DNA of 64,000 nt, taken from NCBI GenBank assembly GCA_028023455.1, contig JAQFVV010000003.1, positions 25,048,001 to 25,112,000 of the forward strand. Direction: 5' to 3'. Of this stretch, positions 52,787-64,000 are shown piece by piece; the stretch's first letter is position 1; each line of letters opens with the position of its first letter. The DNA comes from Epiperipatus broadwayi (taxonomy: Eukaryota > Animalia > Onychophora). The notes under the pieces are model-generated. The model was not told the origin of the DNA, did no database searches, and saw only the letters and a list, made by a program, of their open reading frames with translations. Position numbers and translations under genes: made by a program.

Positions 52787-55168
52787 AATATTAAAAGAAC
52801 TTTTAAATAAGCTAATTGCTTTAAAATCATAAATTTTTAATAATAAAGATTCTTTAATTCTTTTAATTTCATTTCTCTCAAAGAAGACAACCTAGCTTCA
52901 TCAAAATTAATAGTGTGGCCTGTATCTTTTTCATGGATGTATAAAGCAGAACTAAGATATTTATTTTTAACCTACTTTTATGTACCTTTATTCTTTCATT
53001 TAAGCTCAAACTACTGTGACCTATATACCTTCTTACAAAAACAAGGGATAATATACACTATATATAGGTCAGAGTAGTTTGAGCTTAAATAAAAGAATAA
53101 AGGTACATAAAAGAAGGGTTAGTAATAAATATCTTAGTTTTGCTTTATATATCCATGAAAAAGATACAGGCCACACTATTAATTTTGATAAAGCTAATGT
53201 TGTTTTCTTTAAGAGAAATGAAATTAAAAGAAGAATTAAAGAATCTTTATTATTAAAAATGTATAATTCTGAAGCAATTAACTTATTTAAAACTTCTTTT
53301 AATACTAAGGGTGGATGGAAAATAAATGGAATTGTGGATAAGGTTTAGCTTAAATATGCTGTTATTTTGAAGTTTTTTACACTTGAGAATTCTGCTTGTA
53401 GCAGTGAAACCAATGATAGTGTTTTAGAGTTTATTTCCTTGGCTAGTCTGGTAAAATTGTGAATTTGGGGTAATTTTGATTATATATGTTAATGTACATT
53501 TTAAAATTTATTTTTGATGTACTTTATATGTTATCAGTTTTTTTATTATTATTCAGTAAGTAAAGTTTTTATTTTTTATTTTTTTTTTGCTGCAAGATCA
53601 CATTTGTTTAATAGTAGTCAATTATTTTTGTTTATTATCAAAATGCAATTTAATTACACAGAAATTAAATTACTAAATGTAATGTAAAATAGAGATTTGA
53701 CGTTGATTAAGTAATTTTACTAACAGAAGTGTATAAATTATTTTTTGCCAGGATTGTTTATTAAAAAAAAGTATTTGTATTAATCAATAATTCTATTATT
53801 GCAAAAATATTGAATAAAAATTAATATATAAATCATATTTTAATTAAATATATATTTTCCAATTAATTTTTAGTTAACTTTATTATTGTTAATGAATTAT
53901 TTATATTCATCATATAAGCTTATTTTGCCCTCGCCCTAGATCATTTAGCAATTTGATTAAGTAAATCCTATTTTCAATTTATTTTTAGTGTTCTTTATTA
54001 TTATATTCAAATAAAATTGTTTTTAATTATTTACTAAAAAAAAATTTGTACTTTTTTGCAGAGATTATTTACTTTTATGCTAAAACTTCCTTTGCTTGGG
54101 TATGCCAGTCATTTACGATATAATATTATAGACTGAATTTTAAAAATACTAAAAAGTTGTATAATTAAATCATATTTTAATTTATTATTGTATATCATGA
54201 TAAGATAATTGATCACATTAATCTTATACTTTTTTTTGGCATGAATTTCACAATTTTATATTAGAGGGATAACATTATTTTCATGATATCAACATCCTAT
54301 TATGCCAGTATTATTACAAAATGGCTATCATTTAAAGAAAATTGTGGACATTTTTTTTTAAAACTCACTACCTTAAATTTGTTGATCAAAAGAGCTAAGA
54401 CAAATTAGTAATAGCTACTACATTGAATTTTTGTAAAAGGTTTTTGTATATATGAAAGAATGTATAGCTAGCTTAAGAAATATTAAAATTTATATTTTTA
54501 ATAATGATTACTAGTTATTAAAATTGTTTAATAACAGTTATTATCTATGATTGATTTCTATTAAAATACCTCTTGTAAATTAAATGAATATCTAAGAATG
54601 ATTAACTAAAAATCAAGGGTACTATCTGTGTTAATATATTGAGTCAAAAGACATATTCAAGTTTTTGTGAACACACACTATACTAAATCATTTTCTTAAA
54701 AGAATTTATTTTAAAATGTAATTTCTTTTTTTTTTCTGATGAAGTAAATATTTATTAAAAGTTATCTTTCTTTAATAGATATGGGAGAAAAACTTAACAT
54801 TGACTGAGGTTTAGTTTATATATTCTGAAGTTTTATAAGTTCCCAAACAAATTTTCCTGACAGGTTTACTACTTTTTAAAATAAACTGTGGTTTGTTTAA
54901 TTAAGTCCATCACAAACAAGCAGCTGCATACCCTGATATAAATAGTTTCTCCTATTAGAAGATGTGCTATATTATGCTAATATCAGTCAGCACTTATCTA
55001 AGAAAATAGCCATTAAATGTTTTATTTTTATTTCTAATTGTTTTTACTTAAAATGAACCAAAAAAAAACAGAATAAATTTTTAAAAATAAAAAATGAAAA
55101 TATTTAATTAATAGGACATGAGGTTTGCTTTCTATTTAAAGACTCATTCAAATTCTTAATAACTAGAG

Positions 55169-55640
55169 CAGGGGTGGGCAATTGTTTTAGCTTGGGGGCC
55201 ACAGAGGTTCACAGAGGGCGGGATTGGGGGCCACTTTGTGGAATCGAAGGTTAGCGGAGGGCCGCACCTTTTTTATGACACAATAAACACACTGCTTTAT
55301 TCCCTGTATTACCCAAGAAATATATTTGTTTGTCCATTCCTCATTAAACACAAAACATTCATCACCGATTTTACATTTTTTCAGAGGGGAGGGTTCATGG
55401 TTTCATTAAAGTTGGAAATGCAAAGACAAAATTGAAATTAACCAGATCAACTGGAAAAGCACTGCACATCATATCTACACACATGTGTATTGACGTGGCC
55501 ATCCTAGTGGAAAATACAAGATGAATCTTCAGCCACGCACAGGAAGGAAATCTCAGTTTAAGGCAGATTTTTCTGATTGTCCTGGCAGGCCACATAAAAA
55601 CTCTTAGTGGGCCACATGTGGCCCTCAGGCCACTATTTAG
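55169..55640 (+). mobile_element. hAT-Charlie-like deletion derivative
   Basis: 5' TIR CAGGGGTGGGCAA preceded by AACTAGAG. Transposase dimerisation-domain remnant SFIKVGNAKTKL...LHIISTHMCIDVAILV...SH. GGGCCACATGTGGCCC subterminal motif. The 3' TIR is lost. Confidence 0.75.
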
Positions 55641-55765
55641 GATAAGACTAACTATATGTTTCATATTGTTCTAGTTATAATTCAGAAATATTGAATTAAT
55701 CAAGAGCAGTTCTCCTCTATTTTTGTGACATCTATTGAAAGCTTAAAAAATCAATGTTTATGGTA

Positions 55766-55933
55766 GTGCAATTTAATCATAATCCCCAGACCAGTTTTTG
55801 TTTTTTTCCCTTTATCAACAAAGACTTGAGATTCAAAGTTAAAACTAATGAGATTTAGTAGCTTTAATTTCAAGATCCTTATTAATAAAGACAAAATCCA
55901 GAATGTGGTCTGGGATTGATGATTAAATTACAT
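55766..55933. repeat. Inverted repeat made of two outward-facing decayed family A-like HHR cores
   Basis: (+) CCTTA-TTAATAA-AGAC-AAAA-TCCA-GAATG-TG-GTC-TGGGA and (-) AAAAAC-TG-GTC-TGGGG. The arms GTGCAATTTAATCAT / ATGATTAAATTACAT pair. Confidence 0.5.
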
Positions 55934-57312
55934 TAACATCTGAAACAATGATTAATCAAACTTACAACTCAGTAGAGAACAGAGATCTGTTCTTGTTTAA
56001 TAATATTCCCAGATTGATTTTCAGTTGAGGAAAATTTTTAAAAAAACTTTACATTAACTGATTAAATTGTTGTGCGCAACCAGCTACTTTAGCCTTCCTA
56101 AAAACAGATCAAATTATCATTTCTCCCCATAGAGATGAAACAAATTTATTATGAGAAATTCTTATTATAATCAATTAATATTATTGAGTTATATTTAATG
56201 CATAAATTTAATAAAGTCTATGAGACAACCCAATAACACTAAAATTTAAATTGAAAGAAATATAAAACAAATATAAAAATACCAGTAATAAGATCTCAAT
56301 CATCAGCCAACAATAGATAAATATATAGCTATTCTCAACTAGAAACAATGGTCACAAAATAATCTGATTGGTTAGAGAGACTACAGAATAAACATGTGAT
56401 GGAACTGATGAAAACAAGTAATAGTTCCATAGTTTACTGTTATCTTTCATGTTATAAAAAAGTATTTGAATGATTTATTGCTTGGGAGTTCAAGCGCCAA
56501 ATGTGATAGAACTGGGCTAGAATCCATGAACTTCACAGAACAACTTTTTTTTTTTTACAAAGAAAAACACCAATAATATTGAGTATACAATCCATCACCC
56601 AGCCTTATCTCATGGTAATAATAAATTGTTTTTAATGGGGTCATGAATTTAAATAAGATATCTTTGTCATAAAACATTTTAACTATAAATTAGTAATATT
56701 TTAACATGGGAAGTTAAAGATTGATAATAATTATAATTTCATAGTCAAATTATTAAAAACTGTTTGTTTTAATTAAAAGATGAAGCATTATGTATTAATG
56801 ATGATTATTAACTCATAGGTAAAACATTAAATATGGTCAGCATATTAATTAATAGTTGAAATGTTAAAAACACATAACTATTAATTCAAAGTCAGAATGT
56901 TTAACCAAAAAAAATCATTTATAAGAATTATTTTAAAAATAAAAGATCCTACCCCCAAAAATATAACTCTCACTTTATCTTTTTTATTATTATTAAATAA
57001 CTATTTGCTATTTATCAAAGTATATTATCTCTCTTTGGAATGATTGTACTACTTACATACTATCCTCATTATGTACCCTTGTAAAATTATGCTGTACTAT
57101 TTTTGGTAGACTCAGATTGACTTCTATGCATATTTGTACTAATTTTTTATACTGTCTGTTATTAAGCTTTATAAATGTAATTATTAATATATATCATAGT
57201 AATTTCTTTTCATATCACAAAGTGTTTATTGTTAATACTTGTTTTACCAAAAACTTTAAATTAAATTGGCATTACAAGACTTTAATTTGAAAAATAATTA
57301 GTTGTAGACAAT

Positions 57313-57632
57313 TTGGTATTGATTTAGTATGTCCTCACGGCCTTTTGAATTCTAAGAACCATTCAAAAACCCCACTAATACATCCAAGTAATAAATGATA
57401 TCCATTATCAACATGATATGACTATATTTTAGTCACATGATTAGATCAACTATAACAGTATAAAAATTGTGTTTTTATTTTTTAATTATTGATGAAAATT
57501 TGTGAAATTTGCATTTTAATTTTGGTCATATCATGTTGATAATGGATGTCATTTATTGCTTGGATGTGTCTGTGAGGGTTTTGGGCAGTTCTTAAAATTC
57601 AAAATAGCCATGACATACCAAATCAGTGCCAA
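57313..57632. repeat. ~320-bp inverted-repeat element (~110-bp arms)
   Basis: 57313-57424 is the reverse complement of 57522-57632 with moderate divergence. Confidence 0.8.
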
Positions 57633-58219
57633 CAATGGAGTCAGATTGTTTAATTCTTTTATGGCTGTTTATTCGTTAAATGTTGTGCATATTCCCTTTT
57701 CTATATTTAAAATATATATTTGAAACTTTGATTATCAAGTTTTGATTTATTATTGTATTAACCTTTGTGAATTTATTTGATGTGTATTTGCTCATGATTA
57801 ATGTGTATGCATATTCTTTTATTTTTATAATTAATTTCTGAATTTGATAACTATTACGAATAACCCCTCATACAAGTCTCTTCTTCTTTGAAATTATTTT
57901 ATTTTTTAAGTATAAAGTGTAATAAATAAACAAAATTATTATTATTATTATTATTATTTTATTTATTTATTAAATACATAGATAAAAATATATGACAAAT
58001 TATACCACATTTCCCAACAACAGTATTGGTGAATGAAACATAAAATAAACTAGTATATATTATCTTAAATTACATATATGTAAAATATTAATTTAAAAAA
58101 TCTATACATATAATAAATGTAAACAAATACAATTTAAAAAATGGAAATTTGCAAATGATAACATAAAAAAATATAAAATAAACAAATATGAGATAGAAGA
58201 GAAAAATATATATCAAACC

Positions 58220-58710
58220 TAAAAGCTAACTTAGTCAATAAAAATAAACAAATTATACTTAATTCAGAATTTAAAAACTAGTCAAAATTTAAAACTAAAC
58301 TTTCACAACTAAATGATTTCACTGCCAAGGCAAACTTCTCAAGTGCAAAGGAATACAATATATACATATAAATACTAAATAAATTTCCCATAATTCTCAA
58401 TTACATTTCTAATTACTTATAATACTGAAAGAACTCTTAAATAAGTTCATAGTTTCAGTATCATAAAATTTTAATAATAATAGATATTCTTTAATTATTT
58501 TCTTTATCTCATTATTTTAAAAAAAAAAAACAATTTTAGCCTACTCAAATAGTCTATATTTCTTTCATGGATATACATATAATGCAGAATTAAGTACGGT
58601 ATTTTTTACTCTACCTTTATAAACTTTTACTCTTTCATTTACGCTCATACTACTTTGACCTGTATATAATTTTATATATATATATAAAAAACAAGGAATG
58701 ATATAAATTG
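58220..58710 (-). mobile_element. Penelope family C 3' fragment (GIY-YIG + pseudo-LTR), decayed
   Basis: Aligns to 53060-53485 and 42680-42990. HHR variant remnant CAC-TTGAGAA-GTTTGC-CTTG-GCAGT-GAAAT at ~58315-58348. Confidence 0.75.
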
Positions 58711-58999
58711 TTTCAGGAATTTTATTCTTTTTTGTTATTATTATAAAATAAACTTTATTAATTGTAAATTATAACAAGTATTAACATATGTACAGTAGAA
58801 AAAATATATATATGATATAAGATATATAGCTTACAAAAATATAATCATTGTGACTAGTGTTTGAGGCAGATGAAAATGATTCAGTTTTATGTAGAGGAAT
58901 ATATAATTTACATCATTCTAAAATAATATACAATTAAGAAAAATATTGTTATGCCAAATTTTGCTTATAGTACTTCTAAATAAATATTTTAGAGCATAT

Positions 59000-61900
59000 A
59001 AATATGTCTTATACTACTCTATTTTTTAAGAATATTATATTTTCGGTTGTCAAAAATTACAGAGCAGTGGGATTAAAAATTTTAATATTTTTCTAGAGCA
59101 ATTTAATTGTTTAAGATTAATTATTTGCTTGTAAAATAGGAAATGTTTTAAGGATGACAAGTATGGACAGGTTTGTAAAATGTGTATCATATCTTCTGGA
59201 TAATCATTACCCAAGATATGCAGGATCCAAATTTAATTAAATAGTTAATGAGGAAAATTTTTGTAGGAATTGCACTAAGTAATAAATTAAAATTTTTTTA
59301 GCCATGATTGATAAACATACATCTTTTGGAATCTGGTTAAAGTTTTGGAAATTGATAAGGTTGAGCATAGACGTCTGTTAGGATTTTTTTTTCATATTTT
59401 TAAATGCAACACCAAGCAAAAATTTGAAGTTACAATTATGCAACAGATCTGTCTGTTCAATAGCATAATAAATAAAAAAAGAAAAGATTTGCATATGAAA
59501 GTGAAGCAGGCAATGTTATAGGCGAAAGAGTAGTTTTGAGGATTGGAGTAACTAGGGCTGTGATGTATATTTTAGCTCTGATATAGAACACAAATGATTC
59601 AGGACATATTAGATTAAGACCACCTTTACAAATAAAAAAACAAGCATTTATAATTGATGAAAAATGTGATGATCCACAGATCTATGATTTTATTGTGGTC
59701 ATGATATTTTTAACAATAATCCTTAAAAGATGCATCCATGGACTATAGTAAGCAAATATAATACTTCAATAGCATTAACAATATGAAGTTTTACTGCAGG
59801 GTAAAGCAATTTTGGGTAGAAGATTTATATTTTTGTATTAAACTTAAGTACAACTAAATGATTTAGATGATGGCTTAATTGTGTTTTAGATGAATTGATT
59901 GGAATTTCAAGAAAGAAAAATGTATCTGTGAATAATATAGATTGTGACCTGTAGCTATACCATCCATATGGACAACTTAAAAACTTGAATTGTAGATCCT
60001 GTTAGTGTTTTGAATTTGTTCAGAATATAAATAAGAGAAATTTCTGCAGATCTCTGAAGACTATCAGGATATCATCAACAAAATATATCACTTTAACAGT
60101 AGTGCCAAGATGAGGAAGAAAGAGATCTGTGTACTGCTCGGTTTCTTTGATCCTGGAGTCTATATATATATATATATTGTAAATAGTAGTAAAGTGTTGA
60201 GCCTTGTGGAATGTCACAGCTTGATTTAAAATGTGAAGAGAGACACATATAATTTTAAAGTTTGATAAATCTGTTGATATTTTATGGCAGTAATTAGATG
60301 TGTAATGGTTTGGCAGAAGGTTACTTATTGTGGTAAATAAATATTCCCAGTTTGCCAGATCAAAAGTTATCTTAAAGTCAATTTGATATGAGACATAATT
60401 TGTTAACTTGTTTTCTTTTGCATATATTACTGATTCTTCTGCTAAAAGAATAGCTTGAAATGCATGATGGGTTTTAACTGCACAATTTTGATGATGAAAG
60501 TTTAGAAAGGATGAAATCATTTAGTTTTTTTTAAAAATAAACCTTGCAAACATTTTTTGATCAATGATCAAGGTTTTGAGTTTTTACTAAGGCAGAAAAT
60601 TACAGTAGTGGATTAGTTAGATATGTAACATTCATGTGAATAAAGTTGGTTATAATACTGATGTAGAATGGAAATGATAATATAATTTAGATGCTTGTAA
60701 ATATTGGCCAAAATAAGATCATTTGCTAGTGAGGTGTGTTAACATATATGCATAATTTCCTCACAATTTGTTGCCTTGAGATAAAATTATTTTGAGGAAC
60801 TGCTTTTAGTATTTTTAAGTGGTTAAGAAGTTTGATATGTTAGAGCCTGATATAAGTATATTTTCTTTCAACAAAATAGAAATACCATATGCATAAGAAA
60901 TTGATTTTGCATAACTTACAGTAGATTTTGTTAATGTTGAAAGATTAGGGATTGCTTTTTTATGCCTAAATACCATGATATGTTGGTTATAAAGATCAGT
61001 TAGCTGTTTAATTTCACTTTGCAGTTTAAGAATAAGGAGGATTGCATCATTGAATTGTGTCATAGCTTGAAGAATTGAATTGATGTCATCAATATATTGA
61101 CTTCAGGCTATTTGATTGACAATCTGCTAATTGATCAGAACAACAATTATTTAGAATTATCTAAGAGAGATTCTGCAATGATAAAAGTAATTACTGGAAA
61201 TTAATATATTAGAGGTATTACCAATAGTTATGCTTGAATGTAAATTTGTAAATCGCTGGTTTATTTTGAAGAGTACCTTGTGTGAGGATTATACAAATGT
61301 GATCAGAAAATAAAACACTAGACAAGTGAGTTGAAGTTTTGAGATTAGTAGGAGGTACAAAGAGATTAGTAAGAGAAGATCCTTGACCAATAAATGACCT
61401 AGCATACAGAGGATAAAATGAAAGTAGTGGTAGCAAGGTCAGTTGATTAGCTTTAGTTTCAAAATGGGTGGTAGATCATTATTCACCACACATCATAGTT
61501 AGACCAGACTTATGTAGGATTTTATCTTGGGCAGAGAAGAGAGTATTTAATATGTATTTTGCTTTTTAGTATGAATATATTGCTGTAATGTAGTACAACT
61601 GTGACTGAAAATTAAGGGAAATAATGATTGCATTAACTGAAACAAATATTATTTGTAATCTTCTCAATGGAAGCTATGTATTAATTATAACACCTCCACC
61701 TTGTGCTGGATTAATGTTGAGCTTATGTACAAATATGCATTTACTGTTTAGAATGTTAACAATGATTGGTTTGGTTGAAAAAGTAATTTTTGTTTCCGTA
61801 ATGACAAAGATGTTAGCATGGTGACTATTTGGAAATTGGTATAGCTGTGAAGTTCTATTGTATGAATGAAGACTTCACACATTTATAGTGGTAATTTTAG

Positions 61901-62800
61901 TGCTTGATATATTATGTTTTTGAAAAGTTTGGGTAATGCTTTTTTCTGGCATGTCAAAGTCAGGTATTGTAGCTCTTTTACTATTTTCAAGTGCTTCACA
62001 ATTAAGTTTTATTTTTAGCTCTGGATAATTTTTTAATATAAGTGGTATCTTGGTTATAACACAAAATGAATACTATGTATGACTTTTATTTGGTTCCATG
62101 GATAAGTGAATTTTGAGATTGATTCTCATAACAGCAAATTACTGGTGGTATATCTGTGAAAGTGTTACTGGTGCTACATCTTTGACTGAATTGTTACATC
62201 AGATTCATGATAACAGTATTTTCAGACTGCAATGCAGGTGAGGTTTGATTGTTAATGTAATAATTTAAATCCAAGATAGCATGTTGTTTTTATAACTACA
62301 TTGCAAAAGCTATCTAGTCTGTCAATTTTGCCACAATTGTTGCAATTTCCAACCCTGCATTGAAAGATAATATGTCCAAAGTCAGGAACATTTAAAGTAA
62401 AGTAGTTGTCAATCCTTAATACTAACTGTAATGGGAATGAATCACATAAAAATATGTGGAATTTCATCTGATACATATCCCTGTTTCATTTTTAATATGA
62501 TCTTCTAAAAGAGAGTATGAATTTCAAATTTTATGTTTGAAGTAAGTTCTCTTGATACATTTATAACTTGAGCAATGTTAGCTACATTTAAAAAAACATG
62601 ATAAGCCCATGTTCTTAGTTACATAACTTTTTAAAATTAGATGCTTAATTGTGTTTTTTATCTCTTCTTTCCATTGTTTTGAAAATATTCTAATGCTATA
62701 AAAGATCTTGCTGAGAAAGTAGTTGTAGATTAAATGATTTTGATCATGTTATATTTAGCTCTTGTAGTTGGATAGTTAAGGACAAGATAGTATCGGCTGA
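59000..62800 (-). mobile_element. L1/Tx1-like LINE, near full length, decayed (ORF1 with CCHC knuckles; ORF2 APE-RT-Zn finger)
   Basis: ORF1: FKC.DFGHIIFQC, CNNCGKIDRLDSFC. APE: IFVITET, GGGVII, YITAIY, MCGE, LFSDH. RT: IDFKITFDLANWEYL, CDIPQGSTL, YFVDDILI, NKF.TLTGSTI. C-terminal NDYPEDMIHILQTCP. Confidence 0.85.
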
Positions 62801-62965
62801 TTATCTAATGGATCATGGTTTTCTATCATGCTAATGATTGGTGTGATAGGGGAAAGACTATCTGCAAATATCTTTCAGTAGTAATCATTTAATTTATGGA
62901 AATGTATTTAGGTTTATTAGTTTCTTCATTTGTTATGATAGTCTATACATTTTGTAATGTTAATA

Positions 62966-63303
62966 GTAATTACATTCGAATATCAGCCTTTCAAGCTAAT
63001 TGTGCAAACACTTTGCGAGTGTTAATAATAAATGAATACTTTCTGACCAATACAAGATATAGTATTTATGCAGGAACAAAAAGGAATCCTCTTATTCCTA
63101 CAACTCAAATATTTATATATGAGCAAATCTGAAGTACTGGCACAGAAGGTGTGACAATAGAACAGTCACTTTAAATTACTATATACAATGTCTGAATGAA
63201 TGACGTCGATATCTTGTATTGGTCAGAAAGTATTCATTTATTATTAACACTCGTAAAGCATTTGCACAATTAGCTTGAAAGGCTGATATTCGAATGTAAT
63301 TAC
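62966..63303. repeat. Young inverted repeat: 95-bp near-perfect arms around a 148-bp spacer
   Basis: 62966-63060 is the reverse complement of 63209-63303 with about 2 mismatches. CpGs are largely retained. Confidence 0.9.
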
Positions 63304-63862
63304 AATTGTATACAGACGCTATAAAATAAATGCTTATTTATATAAATGTTATTAGTACTAAATGATCAAATTTGTGTATGTCCATTTTCAATTTTAATTT
63401 TTTCTTTTTGCTTTATTTTTCAAGAGTTCCACTGGGTTAATTGCAATTGAAACATTATTATTATGTTTTGCATGCTAAAAAAGGTTTTACTGAGTATGAT
63501 TTCATTTTTTCCAGTTTTTTTAAATGTATTCCATTTGCTTGCCTCATGTAGCATTTCCCTGAGTAACTTCAACTAGGAATATTTGCTTGGTAACTGACAT
63601 AATGATATTTTTATTATTAGAGTTTGTGATATTTCTTTAATATTCTTTTTATTTTTACTATTTTCCTTTTTTAACTTCATAAAAAATACAAAAACTGTCA
63701 GCAGTTATTTCATGTTATCATGACTTTTTCCTTTGCTTAAGTTTTAGAATTTTTACCCCTTTCGTAAAACATTTTGGTTTTAGTTGAATATTTGATTTTA
63801 AATTTACTGTAAATGATTTATTGGAAATTATGTCAATATCAGGAAGGCTATTGTATTTCAAT

Positions 63863-64000
63863 TTAAACCACTAAACATCTCGATCACTATTTCTTATGCT
63901 AGCACATGAAAGCCACAAGCCAGAAACTAGTTTGGAGATATTGGATGAGTAGGCACTAGATGGGGATTTTATGTATAAGCCTTCTGACATCCATTGATTA
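63863..64000 (+). mobile_element. HHR family A copy with a 5' inversion, running off the window end
   Basis: Minus-strand end fragment 63863-63905 is fused to (+) ATGAAAGCCACAAGCCAGAAACTAGTTTGGAG... Confidence 0.85.

Larger units (their letters stand above)
52451..53485. mobile_element. Penelope family C head-to-head fold-back of GIY-YIG + pseudo-LTR, centred at ~53030-53060
   Basis: (-) VYIIPCFCKKVY.G.SS. (+) YIGQSSLSLNKRIKVHK...ALYIHEKDTGHTINF...RRIKES (ORF 53079..53348). The minus arm is interrupted by a family A insertion. Confidence 0.85.

Noticed and set aside
56395-56432. CTGATGA inside an ATGGAAC/GTTCCAT stem (other isolated CTGATGA words at ~5512, 10896, 19710, 51462, 54736)
   Set aside because: No stem II + GAAA arrangement. 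A 7-mer is expected by chance in AT-rich DNA.
60020-60520. ORF with YFVDD initially read as a Penelope RT
   Set aside because: The upstream APE endonuclease motifs, zinc-knuckle ORF1 and downstream Zn finger show it is an APE-type LINE.
63280-63303. CTTGAAAGG...TCGAATG in the 63-kb hairpin as a family C-like HHR
   Set aside because: No stem II pairing and no GAAA or NUH triplet.
1-64000. CRISPR arrays, prokaryotic operons, rRNA
   Set aside because: No regularly spaced repeat-spacer arrays and no gene-dense regions. The sequence is clearly eukaryotic repeat-rich DNA.

Overview
Very AT-rich (roughly one quarter GC by eye, not computed), CpG-depleted eukaryotic DNA, most likely an invertebrate intron or intergenic region. 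I could not identify any intact host gene. Most recognisable sequence is decayed mobile DNA. LINEs: three RTE-clade copies (2.8-3.6 kb, 15.7-18.4 kb, 25.5-27.2 kb) and a near-full-length L1/Tx1-like LINE (59.0-62.8 kb: zinc-knuckle ORF1, APE, RT, C-terminal Zn finger). Penelope-like elements (PLEs): one RT + GIY-YIG element with inverted pseudo-LTRs (30.2-32.8 kb), plus GIY-YIG 3' fragments of a second PLE family. DNA transposons: a Tigger/pogo deletion derivative and two hAT derivatives. Also a probable Gypsy solo LTR, many fold-back palindromes and a 650-bp local duplication. The main hidden feature is that at least four distinct type I hammerhead-ribozyme (HHR) motif families recur across the window. 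Family A is a non-coding ~430-450-nt monomer found as a head-to-tail array with an inverted 5' copy (43.4-44.6 kb) and as about six dispersed copies, which is the architecture of a retrozyme-like, PLE-mobilised RNA. Family C carries a U3-A8 compensatory core, and one copy looks intact. All folds were done by eye, and most copies carry inactivating core substitutions.
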